64,000 nt of DNA from Eledone cirrhosa (Eukaryota): NCBI GenBank assembly GCA_964016885.1, contig CAXHJY010001404.1:124001-188000 (forward strand), given 5' to 3'. Each line of letters opens with the position of its first letter. Position 1 is the stretch's first letter. Under the pieces are notes generated by a model, which was not told where the DNA came from, did no database searches, and was given only the letters and a program-made list of their open reading frames with translations. The translations under genes were made by a program, and so were the position numbers. Of this stretch, positions 10,829 to 24,115 are shown in pieces.

Positions 10829-11044
10829 GCTAGTCCCAAGGACAGAATTTATTCATCTAATTTATCTTACAGGCGATCTGTCGATTTTGAGAATGTAAGC
10901 AATACTTGTCTTTTCTTCTATCCGTAGTCTTCTAAATAACCAGTGTTTTAAACTCTCAGTTATGCCAGTCTAAAATTCAAATCTCCGTTTTCCTCTCTGA
11001 TTTTCAATTATTTATTTTTCATGTTTTTAATATGTCTCAATCTG

Positions 11045-14000
11045 TTGGCTGTTGGACCCTTCCTAAAAACTAACCTTCTTCTAAAGTTACCCATTCTAAA
11101 GTTACCATTGCTATATGGTCCAATCAGAACTCAGCGGCTTTAGTAAGTTCTCTAACAAATTAGTATAGCAAAGCTACCACCTCGGTTACTACTCCTTAAG
11201 TTTAGACCTGTTTGATGGGTTGACTGCGGAAATTTGAAAAGTCTAAGCACTCAATGACAATGTCACAGATAAAGATAAATTCACCTCCCGCTGCAAGACG
11301 AGAATACAAGGACCCCTCTTTATTTCAGATACGGATGACCAACAAAATTCCGTCTCCTACACCCAGGGGAACATGCCAGCCAGATAGATTATATCCTTAC
11401 TAGAAGACAGGACAAAGTGTCTGTTGTAAACACTAAATCCCTCCTCCGTGAAGAAATCACCTCCCAACATAGCCTAGTAGTTAGTGACCTCACAGTCAGA
11501 AATAGACGTACTCGACGACAGAGGAGGCCTACCTTGAGGAGAAGAATATGGAAGTTGAAGGACCCCATAGCAGCCAGTGACAAATTTAAAAGCTTATTAC
11601 TTGATACCTTTGACAATAAGGAAGAGCAATTAGAGACGTGCGATATAGAGGAACAGTGGCAATTTGAAAGTGAACCTGCTGAAAGCAACGGATGAAATCT
11701 GTGGCTGGAGCAGACCTATTGGCAGGAAGAGAGTAACTTGGTGGTGGAACAGTAAGGTAGAAGAGACAATCAAGGCCACAAAGAAGGCTTGGAAAGTATG
11801 GCAGGATGGGGGGAAGTAGAGAGCACTATCAAGTGGCCAGGAGAAAAGCTAGGAGACAAGTGTACCTTGCAAAAAGGGAAGCAGAAGATAGAAAGTTCTA
11901 GCATGTTCTACAATGCGAGGACCAAAAACGCGAGGTGTTCAGGATTGCTAGACAATGTGTCAAGGAAAACCGTGATATTGTCGGGGAGAAGTGTGTCCGT
12001 AATGATAACGGTGTACTTGCCCTCACTGATGCTGATAAGAAGATAGCCTGGAAGTCTCACTACGAGAGACTATTAAATGAGGAGAATAAGTGGGAAAAAG
12101 ATAGTCTGCCCCAAATCGATCCAATAGAAGTACCAGCGGGGCAACTTAAAGGTAGTATAATAAGTAAGGCAATCAAAGATATGAAGACAGGCAAGGCAGC
12201 TGGGCCTTCGGAGATAGTTGCTGAGATGTTGAAGGCATCTGGAATGGTGGGACATACGATGGTCACCCGTATAGTTAACCAAGTAATACAGAATGGGGCC
12301 ATACCAAAAGACTGGCGTAGCAGCATCATCATTAACTGCTACAAGGGTAAAGGAGATGCTCTAGATAGAGGAAACTATAGAGGCATTAAGTTAGTTGACC
12401 AGGTTATGAAGGTCACAGAAAGAGTTATAGCGCAACTAATCAGAGAGCGAATTGATCTAGATGAAATGCAGTTTGGGTTTGTGTCAGGTAAAAGTACCAC
12501 AGACGCTCTTTTCCTTGTACGGCAACTACAAGAGAAGTACCTAGCTAAAAGTAAACCCCTCTACTTAGCTTTTGTAGACCTGGAAAAAGCCTTTGACAGA
12601 GTCCCCCGCTCCATTATCTGGTGGGCTCTTAGAAAACTAGGTGTAGATGAATGGCTTGTGAGAGCTATACAAGCTATGTATAATGAAACAGTCAGTAAGG
12701 TTAGAATTAACAATGAATATTGTGAAGAATTTAGTGTAAAAGTTGGTGTTCACCAAGGCTCTGTCCTTAGCTCCTCCTATTTATTATTGCCCTTCAGGCT
12801 ATAACAGAGGAGTTCAAGACCGGCTGCTCATGGGAACTCCTATACGCAGATGATCTAACGCTCATAGCTGAATCAATGGCTGAACTAGATGAGAAATTCC
12901 AAACTTGGAAGCATGGGCTAGAATCAACAGGCTTTCAAATTAACTTGTCTAAGACTAAAGTTCTAGTATGGAGGAAGGAAAATAGGGCACAGGTCCCCTC
13001 TGGGAAATGGCCTTGCTCAGTGTGTAGGAAAGCAGTAGGCAGAAATTCAATTGTATGTCCCAAATGCAAAGTATGGGTACATAAAACATGTAGTGGTATC
13101 ACAGGTAAACTATCTAAGAACGTAGACTTTATATATGGCCGATGCTCAGGTGCCATAGGTAGCAACTGTCCACACGATACTAGCCTCTTCTAGATGGTTC
13201 TATAGAAATAGTAGACACTTTCCGTTACCTGGGTGACGAAATCAGCAGTGGTGGAGGGTGTTCTGAAAGTACGGTAGCCAGAGTCAGAACGGGATGGAAA
13301 AAGTTCAGAGAGCTTATACCACTATTGGCCACAAAAGGTTTCTCTCTAAAAATGAAAGGCAGTTTGTATGATGCTTGTATATGAACAGCAATGCTACATG
13401 GCAGTGAGACATGGGCATTGCGTGCAGAGGACCTGCGTAGACTGGAAAGGAACAAAGCATGCATGCTCCGTTGGATGTGTAATAGTAATATACGTGAACG
13501 GCAAAGCATAAATGAACTAAGTGAGAAATTAGGAATAAGAGGGATCAGATGCTGTTTACTCGAGAGAAGACTACGTTGGTATGGCCACGTGATGCGCATG
13601 AAAGACGACAGCTGTATAAAAAAAAGTGCAGGGCGATCAAAATTGATGGTAGTTACGGAGTAGGTAGACCCAGAAAAACCTGGGATGATATGATAAATTC
13701 AGACCTTACACACTTGCACCTCTCTAAGGCAATGTCACTGGACCGAGATCTTTGGCGCTACGCAGTAATACAGAAGACCCGCCTTGCCTATGTACAAAGC
13801 GAAACCTACAGTCAGTAGGCACCTCTTAACCAAATATACACCCAATCCACTACCCTTACCCTATCCTCCCACTCCCACCAACACCACCCTCTCTCTCTAT
13901 AAAGTTGGTACCACAACATCCAGTCCAAATAAAAGAGATAAATGAGATCGAGATCGTGTAGGTGTCACGAGAAAAAAAACACACAGTCCACGCTGTAATG

Positions 14001-14214
14001 TGGCTATGTAGGTAACACGGTAAAAAGTTCCCAGTTCCACACTGTAAATGTGGTTGGTGTTAGGAAGGGGCATCCAGCCGTAGAAAACCTGCCAGATAGT
14101 CCTATGTGAGCGAGACACGGTCACCCGACCAACCTTGCCTCAAGTGGGACAACTCCCGTTTAACCCATGCTAGCGTGGAAAGTGGACGTTAAACGAAGAT
14201 GATGATGATGATGA

Positions 14215-14215
<1 letters not shown>
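11045..14215 (+). mobile_element. RTE family A, near-full-length decayed copy lacking most of the endonuclease
   Basis: Homologous to copy 1 from the 5' UTR. Near 11365 it jumps from the ORF N-terminus (~2190 equivalent) to the VDYIL region (~2835 equivalent). Multiple frameshifts and stops; same 3' UTR and (GAT)n tail. Confidence 0.9.
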
Positions 14216-14253
<38 letters not shown>

Positions 14254-14256
<3 letters not shown>

Positions 14257-14441
14257 CCAGTAAGACCCCGACAGCTGAGCTCAAGCCGTTTCGACGGCTA
14301 ATTCTGGACAGAATTAGCCGTCGAAACGGCTTGAGCTCAGCTGTCGGGGTCTTACTGGTTCCTATTACCCACTCTACTACCTCAAGTATTGAGTACTTTG
14401 GTGCGTTATGGTCCACCTGGTTCCTTACCACATTTCCTTCG

Positions 14442-14443
<2 letters not shown>
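14254..14443 (+). mobile_element. Fold-back element (family H2) containing the 3' half of a hammerhead
   Basis: Perfect 52-bp arms 14254-14305/14310-14361, loop ggac, ~80-nt unpaired tail, TA tracts on both sides. Confidence 0.8.
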
Positions 14444-14476
<33 letters not shown>

Positions 14477-14708
14477 TATATATATATATGTATTTATTTA
14501 TATATATATGCACAGTTCAAGAGTAACCAATCTTAAAGAGAGATGGAGATAGTAGAGGAAAGATTGGTGAGTTAGTTGACAATCTTGGTGAGTATGTTGA
14601 CAATCATTTAATAATGTCTTCCTTGTGAAATTTCTGGTCTTGTTTTGCTTAACTAATGAATATATATATATGTTTTTATTTATATATATGTATTTATTTA
14701 TTTATATA

Positions 14709-14765
<57 letters not shown>

Positions 14766-14827
14766 TTATATGTAGATATATATGTATTTATTTATTTATT
14801 TATATATATAAATATGTATTTATATGT

Positions 14828-14874
<47 letters not shown>

Positions 14875-14921
14875 TGTATTTATATGTACATATATATGTA
14901 TTTATTTATTTATATATATAT

Positions 14922-17501
14922 GGTTACACTGGGGTACATGGTGGGCACGGTTACGGTTTAAGAAATGAAGAGGGAGTGAGACTTCTTGAATTTTGTGATA
15001 CGGGTAGATTGACTGTTTGCAACACAGACTGTTTGCAACATAACCTACAAATCTGGTGAGCACATAAGCCAGATTGACTTCCTGCTAGTTAGGCAGCGGG
15101 ACAGGCAGATAGTGTCTAATACCAAGGCATACCCTGGGGAAGAATGTACCCCACAGCATAGGTTAGCTGTTAGTGATATCTCAGAAAGCAAGAGATCGAA
15201 TGAGACATATAGGAAGGTGTGGAGAAGAAAGGTCTGGAAGCTAAAAGACCTTTCACTAAAATACAAATTTAGGAAAGCCCTTCAAGATGTATATGACGAA
15301 AAAGAAGACGATTTAGAGACGTATGACATAGATAATAACTGGAATTTCTTACGTGACAACTTGCTGCAGGCTACTGATGAAACCTGTGGCTGGAGCAGAG
15401 CTCCAACCAGACAGAGAGTGACCTGGTGGTGGAACAGCACAGTAGATAAGGCTATTAGAGACAAAAGACTAGCATGGAAGGCTTGGAAAAAGGGTGGGAG
15501 TAGGGAAGAATATACAGCCACTAAGAGAGAAGCTAGACGTCAAGTGTACTTAGCACGCAGGGAGGCAGAGAGTAGGAGGTGTGCCAATGTTCTGCGACGT
15601 GAAGATCAGAGGCGTGCGGTGTTCCACATTGCAAGGCAGTGTGTCAATGCAAATCAGGATGTTGTTGGAGATAAATGTGTCCAGGATGATGCCGGTGTAC
15701 TTAGTGTCACGAATGATCAGAAAAAGGAGGCCTGGAAATGTCATTATGAGAGACTGATGAATGTGGAGAATGAATGGGAGAGAGAGAAATTACCCTTGGC
15801 AGATCCGACAGAGGGACCAGCTATTGAGATTGACGAATATAGGGTCCAAGAGGCGATTAGGGAAATGAAAAATGGTAAGGCTGCCGGACCATCGGGAATA
15901 GTTGCTGAGATGCTGAAGGCATCAGGGGACGTAGGCACTAAACTGGTTGCACGCATCATCAATCAGGCTATATATGGTGGTGTCATACCCAAAGATTGGT
16001 GCAGCAGTATTCTCATAAATTGCTACAAAGGTAAAGGGGATGCTTTGGAGAGGAGCAATTATAGGGGTATAAAACTGATAGATCAGGTTATGAAAGTGGC
16101 AGAAAGGATTTTAGCACAACTAATTAGAGAAAGGGTCAAACTAGATGAGATGCAATTTGGTTTTATGCCTGGGAAGAGTACAACAGATGCCCTCTTCTTG
16201 GTGAGACAATTGCAAGAGAGGTTCTTAGAGAAGAATAAGCCACTATACTTAGCCTTTGTTGACCTAGAGAAGGCCTTTGATAGGGTACCCCGATCTGTCA
16301 TCTGGTGGTCCCTAAGGAAGCTAGGTGTTGAGGAATGGCTTGTGAGGACAGTGCAAACTTTGTACAGAGGTACTCTCAGTAAAGTCAGGGTAGGAATGGA
16401 GTTTAGTGAGGAATTCCAGATACAAGTAGGAGTACATCAGGGTTCGGTCCTCAGCCCGCTCTTGTTCATTATAGTCCTCCAAGCCATAACAGAGAAGTTT
16501 AAGACTGGCTGTCCATGGGAACTTCTCTATGCTGACGATCTGGTTCTTATAGCAGAATCAGTAGAGGAGCTAGAGAATAAATTCTGGCTATGGAAACAGC
16601 AGTTGGAAGCAAGAGGACAGAGTGAATCTAGCTAAGACAAAAGTGTTGATGAGTAGAAAAGAGGACAAAACCCTGATTCCGTCAGGGAAATGGCCATGTT
16701 CGATATGCAGAAAAGGAACTGGCATAAATTCTATAAAATGCACACAATGCAGATCCTGGGTACACAAGAGATATAGCGGGATAGCAGGCAAACTAACAGG
16801 TAGGGAGAAATATGTATGCAGTAGATGTACAGGGAAATTAGACAGTAGAAGTCGCACTGATACACACATTTTTCAAATGCAAGAGGGCGCTATAGAAGTG
16901 GTGGATAGCTTCCGGTACCTAGGAGATCAGATTAGCATGGGAGGAGGGTGTTCCGAGGCCATCGTATCTAGAATAAGGACGGGTTGGAAGAAGTTTAGGG
17001 AGCTGCTTCCTCTGTTGACGAAGAAGGTTTTCTCCCTGCGTACGAAAGGCCGGTTGTATGATGCCTGTGTGAGGAGCGCCATGCTTCATGGTAGTGAGAC
17101 ATGGGCAGCAACTGCAGAGGATATGCGACGGCTGGAGAGAAATGAGGCAAGCATGCTCCGTTGGATGTGCACTGTAAATGTGCGTGAACGACCCAGCATA
17201 AATGTGTTGAGAGAGAAACTGTGTCTGAGAGGGATAGAATGTAGTGTACAGGAGAGGAGACTGAGGTGGTATGGACATGTGATGTGCATGGAGGATGACC
17301 GATGGGTGAAGAAGTGCCAGGAAATGCCAGTTGAAGGAAGACGTGGTAGAGGTAGACCACGAAAAACATGGGTGGAGGTTCAGATCGCTGTAGGTCACGG
17401 TGAAGATGACGAAGGACCGTGACAAGTGGAGAGATGCTGTGCTGAATAAGACCCGTCCCACCCTTGCAAGCAGGGAAAAGCGGACGTAAAATGATGATGA
17501 T
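14922..17501 (+). mobile_element. RTE family B, 5'-truncated copy (partial EN, RT, PHD-like finger)
   Basis: ORFs 15112-16635 and 16622-17422 joined by a frameshift; QFGF, DLEKAFDRV, YADD, WYGHV motifs; almost no 3' UTR, (GAT)n tail. Confidence 0.92.
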
Positions 17502-17589
17502 ATATAAATATGTTTTTATATGTATATATATATATAAATATGTATTTATATGTATATATATATGTATTTATATATATATATCAAATAAA

Positions 17590-17868
17590 TGAGATAATGA
17601 GATCGAGATCGTGTAGGTTTCACGATAGAAAAAAAAAAAAAAACTTAATCTACGCTGTAATGTGGCCGTGTAGGTAACACGGTAAAAAGTTCCCAGTTCC
17701 ACACTGTAAATGTGGTTAGTATTAGGAAGGGCATCCAACTGTAGAAAACCTGCCAGATAGTTCTATATGAGCATGACACGGTCACCCGACCAACCTTGCT
17801 TCAAGTGGCACAACTCTCGTCTAACCCATGCTAGCGTGGAAGATGGACGTTAAACGATGATGATGATA
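17590..17868 (+). mobile_element. Solo 3' UTR of RTE family A
   Basis: Matches 13935-14215; ends ggacgttaaacgatgatgatg. Confidence 0.85.
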
Positions 17869-17891
17869 TATATATATATATATATATATAT

Positions 17892-18370
17892 GACGGAGAT
17901 TAATTTGTTTTGCGAGGTTTTTGATATGAAATCGTGTGTCGAAATATTGTTATACTTGGGGAGGGTCATATTGTTGTAATAATATTGCCAGAAATAATAA
18001 CAGATCACACTCACTGTTTGGTTGCTTTTCGCTTCTGTATCTTTTATATCTCCACAGTTAATTCATTTAGTCCTCAATGTTTATCGTTGACTGGTCAAAA
18101 ATGCAGATATAATATATATATATAATCTAACAAAATTCTTTTGTTGCACATCTGCAACATCATCAGTGGTACTATTATGTTCCTCCTGTTGTATTGTATG
18201 CCTACGCCATTTTTATTTTATCTGTTTGTTTATTTATTTATTTTTGTCTTCTTCTCTGCGTTTGCGTGTGTGTATAGTGTGTTTGGTGTGTGTGTACGCG
18301 TTTGGGTGACTCTGTTTTGGTTATTGTATTCTATCTTAGTTTACTAGTGTGTATTGATATGTGTTTGTTG
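17892..18370 (-). mobile_element. Diverged family H1 relative with degenerate hammerhead
   Basis: Minus strand shares aaaatggcgtagg (18201-18213 vs 5915-5927), a CTGATGA + 7-bp hairpin (18142-18166) and the atgaccctcc..aagtataacaatat..acacacgatttca terminus with 5821-6229. Confidence 0.65.
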
Positions 18371-18381
18371 TTATTGTGTAT

Positions 18382-18565
18382 CATCATCATCATTATCATC
18401 ATCGTTTAACGCTTGAATGGGTTTGGACGGGAGTTTTCCCACTTGAGGCAAGAGTGATTGTCTTGCTCGCATAGGACTGTCTGGCGGGTTTTCTACAGCT
18501 GGATGCCCTTCCTAACACCAACCACATTTACAGTATGGGGCTGGGAGGTTTTTACCGTGTTGCCT
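18382..18565 (-). mobile_element. Solo 3' end of RTE family A
   Basis: Reverse complement of 5470-5667. Confidence 0.85.
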
Positions 18566-18575
18566 ATATATTTAT

Positions 18576-20190
18576 TTATTTATTTCTAGTTTTACAGTTT
18601 ATCTGGGGGTTTACTTTACATATAACACATTTCCTATTAGTACAGTGGGTTTTCTTAAAAGGGTATGTTTTGCTGATCAGGGACTTTATGGTAGTTCCTG
18701 GCTTTTCTAAAACTTTAATCTTTAAGTGGGTCTTTCTCAGAGCTTTTCTACACTGGCTAGCTAATTTCCCTCGAAGGGTAGCATCCAAGAACATGACACT
18801 CTGGTATCTCTGGTTGTCGTACCATGAGGTATCTTTCCTATCTAAGCTATTCCATGATTTGCTCCTGTATAATGGGCAAATTCCTTTCATGTCCAGTTCT
18901 ATGAGGGTCTTATACTTCTCCGTGGCTTCTTTGTAAACTCCGATTCTGTCTCTTTGGTTGTAGCCAGAGAACTGCATACGGTTGATGAAGTGTTGGATGT
19001 GTCTTTCCGTTTCTGTTGGGTCGCACATGTGGGACACATTCTTCATCACTCGTACGAAGTCTGCGATCAGAATATTAAACTTAGTACTACAGGACATTGC
19101 TGAGTTTTTGAGTATCAGGTATTTGGAGGCCATGGGTTTAGCGTAGTGTGAGTGGAGAATTTGGTCCCTCTCGTCTATAGTGTTAATCCAGAGTTCCGTG
19201 TCTAATACTGGTAGTCTATTGTTAGGGTGTTTGGAAGGGTAGTCGATAGTTACAGTTATACTCTGGTGTATGGAATTAGCTATCTGCTGGATGCTTTCCA
19301 TTATGCTACATTCTAAATCATATTTGTTAGAACTCTCTTGTGGGGGTGTCCTTATTACTATATTAATATCGTCTACATAATGAGAGTACATGATGAGGTC
19401 TATGGAGCTCTCTTCAAGGAGATCTTTGAGTCTCCTTTCCCACCATACCATAAAAAGGTTGGCAACGTCACCAGCTATGCTGACGCCAATGGCTGCTCCC
19501 TCATTTTGGGTGTAGATCTTTTCGTTGAATTTGAATAGATGGCTCTTTAGGGTAGTTTTAATACTAGCCCCTATTGCATGCGTGACCATTTTTCTTACCT
19601 GATCATTGTTTTTGGGGGTCCGTATGGCTTTGGTACACCCAATCCACCTTCTCATGGGAGTCTTTTTTGCCATTAAGGTTATGGTGGGTGGCGGGGGTCT
19701 ACCTCTTATGGGTCTACTGGGGCAGAACCAGCTACGGTCATGGCTGTCTAGGTACTCAGTGTCATAAGTAAGTCTAAATAGGAGGCCCAGTTCATCTGTG
19801 TCGACGTCGCAGAACTCCACCTCACTCTCACTGATCATCCCCACACATTTTCCACAGCAAAATAAATGTTAATGGATGGGTATAGTGACACCACGTCCAT
19901 ACTGCCTATTATGCAGTTAGATAGGTTTTTGTTTTTGTTGCACTCATTGATTCTGCTGAAGAGGTCCTCTGTATTGTCACATACATCTGGGGACATCTTG
20001 ATTATGGGGATAACCATTGAGAGGAAGTAGGAGATCCTGTATGGCTCCGCATACAGGTGTTGCTGGTGGTCCCGTTGTCGGGTCGTCGACTGTCTTATGG
20101 TCTTTGCGGAGCCCATACAAGGGTCGTATGTCATTGTTAGACGTCTGGAAGTTGTTGGCAGTGCGTCTGCTTGGCTTTAATAATAATGGA
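18576..20190 (-). pseudogene. Penelope-like element reverse transcriptase (Neptune-type), frameshifted and truncated before the GIY-YIG domain
   Basis: Motifs over three frames: RPLYGLRKDHK..PVCGA, GSMDVVSLYPSI, FKFNEKIYTQNEGAAIG, YVDD, LPVLD, HYAKPMAS, SGY. Ends in the Cys-rich linker CTNRKCVICK..C. Confidence 0.85.
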
Positions 20191-20397
20191 AACATCGACA
20201 GACATAACAACAACAACCACAGTAGTAATAATGGAAATAATACGAGTAGCAACTAGGATGAAACGATTGTAAGTGATTAAATATTTTAAACACATTTTGA
20301 TTGTTATTTATAAAGTATTTCGGCTCTGTAATATACTTGTTATTTTACATTGAGCTATTCTCATACTTGTAATTGGGTAATATTTAATATTACCCAC

Positions 20398-20444
<47 letters not shown>

Positions 20445-20451
<7 letters not shown>

Positions 20452-20863
20452 ATATTAACAAATGGAAACTATATATTTCAAGGACACCAAAGCAAATTAT
20501 GGTGCGCTTTCATCAGATAAAATATAATATAGATCAGTTTTATAAACAAATATTGACATACCCTTAAAGAATGCGACCATGTCGGTTGGACTATCTGGGA
20601 GCTTCCAACCGACATGGTCGCATTCTTTAAGGGTATGTCAATATTTGTTTATAAAACTGATCTATATTATATTTTATCTGATGAAAGCGCACCATAATTT
20701 GCTTTGGTGTCCTTGAAATATATATAATGAAATAAATATGGTTTTATAAATATAGTTTCCATTTGTTAATATATTGTATTTTTACTCCAATAATTTGTTG
20801 AGTGCTTTATATCAGTTATAAAAATATTTGCTTGTTGTATCCCAACAAATTAAATATAACTTC

Positions 20864-20866
<3 letters not shown>
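20445..20866 (+). mobile_element. Fold-back element (family H3) with hammerhead ribozyme
   Basis: Arms 20445-20590/20604-20779 (left arm lacks ~30 nt), 13-nt loop, ~85-nt tail, TA tracts on both sides. Confidence 0.85.
20670..20734 (+). ncRNA. Minimal type I hammerhead ribozyme motif
   Basis: tattttat CTGATGA aagcgcacca-taatttgctt-tggtgtcctt GAAA t atat a TA atgaaata; palindromic stem III. Confidence 0.8.
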
Positions 20867-20905
<39 letters not shown>

Positions 20906-21005
20906 TATATATACAAGCGAGACAGTCTCTCGACCAATCCCGCATCAAATGGAACAAAACGTCTAACCCATGCTAGCGAGGAAAATGAACGTTAAACGAT
21001 GATGA

Positions 21006-21043
<38 letters not shown>

Positions 21044-21204
21044 ATATATATATCCCTCGTTTGTAAGTGGTTGTGTCAATGTTGTCTTTCCTATCACAGA
21101 CTTAGGTATATTTGTATCCAAAATAAGTTGAGAAGTATGCGCATACACACACGGCTGTCTTGTGCATATACTAATTTTGCTTATCTTTACATTTCATTTA
21201 TCAT

Positions 21205-21242
<38 letters not shown>

Positions 21243-23970
21243 GCGCGCGAATACACCTTTATCCCCTCTATCACCTTCGCTATTGTCTGTCCCTCCCCCA
21301 CCATCCTGTAAGGTCAACATGAGGTGATAGTAAAAACAAAAATCCCAGTTTACTGTTATGATGTCATAGATTTCTGTAAAAAAGTTGGCATTCACTGTGA
21401 TGTTTATTTCCTAGTTATTAACAGTTAGATGGGATGGTTTCCACCTTCTTGTTCTTTTCATGATTGCATTTTAGAAGCTGTTATTCTTTTAGTGATGAAG
21501 ATTGGGGTATCAATGGAAAGATGCATATAACATAAAAGTATATACAATATGTTTATGAATAAACACACACACACACACATAGACATATTTTGACACTTCC
21601 AGAAAATGACTAATTAAACACACACACACACCTGTGCTTTCACTCAAAAGAAAGAAAAAAATTCTGTTTCTTCCTTTTCTCACTCTCATTTATATTTAAA
21701 CTAATATAATAACAATCGTTTTCATATATTAATCTTAGTATACACTCATGAAAAGGCGGTGAAGTGACTGTCATTAAAACATCGGATGGCATGCTTTGCA
21801 GTATTCGTTCCAGCTCTTTGCGCTCTGATTTCAAATCCCAATAAAATCAGTTTTATCTTTCATCCTTTTGAGGTTGAGAAAAAAAGTTCAATACTGGCTT
21901 GATTCTTCATGTATATACACATCTTTCTCACTTTCTCCTAATTTCTTTGGAAGAAATTGGCTGTGTTTAGACCTGGAGAGGAGATGGGCTCTGCCAGGTT
22001 TTAAAATTTCCCAAGAAACGATGTATGTCACTACAACACCCCTACGATACTATCAAGAGTTATGGGTCCATACATACATTCATGTGCATGTGTTTTTTGT
22101 TTCTTTCAATGTGGGCGTTTGGGGAGCTCTCCATCACCCACCTTTGTTACATATTGTTAGAGCAAAAAGGTCAAAGTTTATTTGTGCTAATATTTTGGGT
22201 TTTTTTTCTAGATAGAGAATGTTTTTTTCTCTTAAAATGATGTCTTGTAAAATGTTTTTGTCAGTGCCTATAGATGTGTGTATATGTGTGAGCAAAATGT
22301 TATAGATGGAGAGATATATGTGTGTGAACCTAATAAGAATTTATGTTTTGCATCTCTGTGTTTGTCTTGTATATTCTTGGACTGTGTGTGTGTAAGAAGA
22401 CAGCAAAATATATATGCTTTTCGAGGTTGATGATATGGAGTTACATCAATAGGTTTTCTCATCGATTATTTTGCTTTCTGAAACGATCGTAAAACGAGGA
22501 ATTAATTAACTACGTCATCTTGTTCTCATTTTTTTCATTGTATGACATTATGTATGAGTACATATGTATATACAACAGCAACAACAGACGTTTTATGTAT
22601 GTGTGTGTGTGATTGGTAGATTTAGACATTTTAGCATGTGTTCTTCAATAAGAGCTGGTATAGCTGAAAAGTAAAAACTTCTCAAAGGGACGGAAGGATT
22701 CTTCCGTTGTACCAAAGACGTGACAACTCCTCTAGTGTTGGCGATCTACACGATATACACAGACAGTACGGTCTGTAAAGTTGTTCTTTATAGACAGGAC
22801 AGCCATCCGTAGAAACAAAGGTTAGGGAGGACTCTTCAGTTGTGTCTAAGACACGTCAACCTCTCCAGTAGTGGTGATCTACATGGTAAACACACCCAGT
22901 ACACCCTGTAAAGTGGTTGGTGATAGAAAGAGCATCCAATAGTAGAAAATTTACCAAACAATGGGTTGGGAGTACTCTTCAGTTGTATCAAAGATATGAC
23001 AGCCTCACTAGCGATGTTGTCACGATGCAGGACCATATGTAAGCGAGATACAACGCATGAGTATTAATTCAGTCAGTGAAGGTCTGCTCAACCCTTGCTA
23101 GCAGAGAAAGCCGGCGTTAAATGATAATTGTCTCTACTTTAGGCACAAGGCCAGCAATTAAATGATAATGATGATGTTTTTACGTGCCTTGATAATTTCT
23201 GATTTAAGCCACATTTTTTTTATTTTGTTCCATTCCCTCTTCAAATGTGGCATTGGGGACGTTATGATGAAGCTGAATCGTTGACAACAAAGTATTCTCA
23301 TTATGGGGTGAGGATCATATGGGTGCTTGGCTCTTCCCGCATTCCTTTCTCTATATCACTCGCGGTAATGCCGTGAGTGCTTTGTGTTGCCTCAATAATT
23401 TTAGAGGGACACAACACCAGCATTCCATTCACCGAGGAAGTGTGCATGTTTGTTTTTTTTCATTCTGACTCATTGTTATTTTGTATGTGCATACATTTTA
23501 AACTGATATGAATTATGCCCTTTGTAATAAATAAATTCTATGTCATATATTATATTTACTGGATGTCTTATTTACAATACTATGTCCTATATGTGATAAA
23601 ATTAGTTTTAAGGAAAATAATACATTAGGATGTTTTAAATATTGTTTTCTATCCATTCATACCATCTCCGTCTGAAGTCGTTTTGCAAATAAATCATCTT
23701 TAGTGTAGTATCCGTCTGAAAGTGAAAGTTTATTCCGATTACTTGGAAATGAAAGGTGGAACATAATATTTCCATTATTAACTACTTCTATTTATTGTTA
23801 TGATTTGTTGTTTTTTTTAGTAGTTCTGTTTCGGCTAAACGTAAGCTCGAAATATTTTTTCCCGTTCAGTCTGCTAATTGCGTTATTGATAATAATAAAT
23901 TTGAAGACTAAAATTCAAAGAGGGCTCGATAAGGATAAATATATATTAAATATATAAGAACCCTAGAGCA

Positions 23971-24115
23971 AATATTTATTAAAATAACAAATTAAAGTTT
24001 AAGCAAAGAATCGCTGCTTTCACCCTTAACGGGATCTTCTGATTCAGAAGATCCCGTTAAGGGTGAAAGCAGCGATTCTTTGCTTAAACTTTAATCTGTT
24101 ATTTTAATAAATATT
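23971..24115. repeat. 72-bp near-perfect palindrome (family H4); single arm also at 6959-7023
   Basis: 23971-24042/24044-24115 with one mismatch and a 1-nt loop; TA tract on the right. Confidence 0.9.

Noticed and set aside
23245-23380. Short open frame WHWGRYDEAESLTTKYSHYG with a possible GTGAG donor
   Set aside because: No clear acceptor or recognisable homology; insufficient support for an exon.
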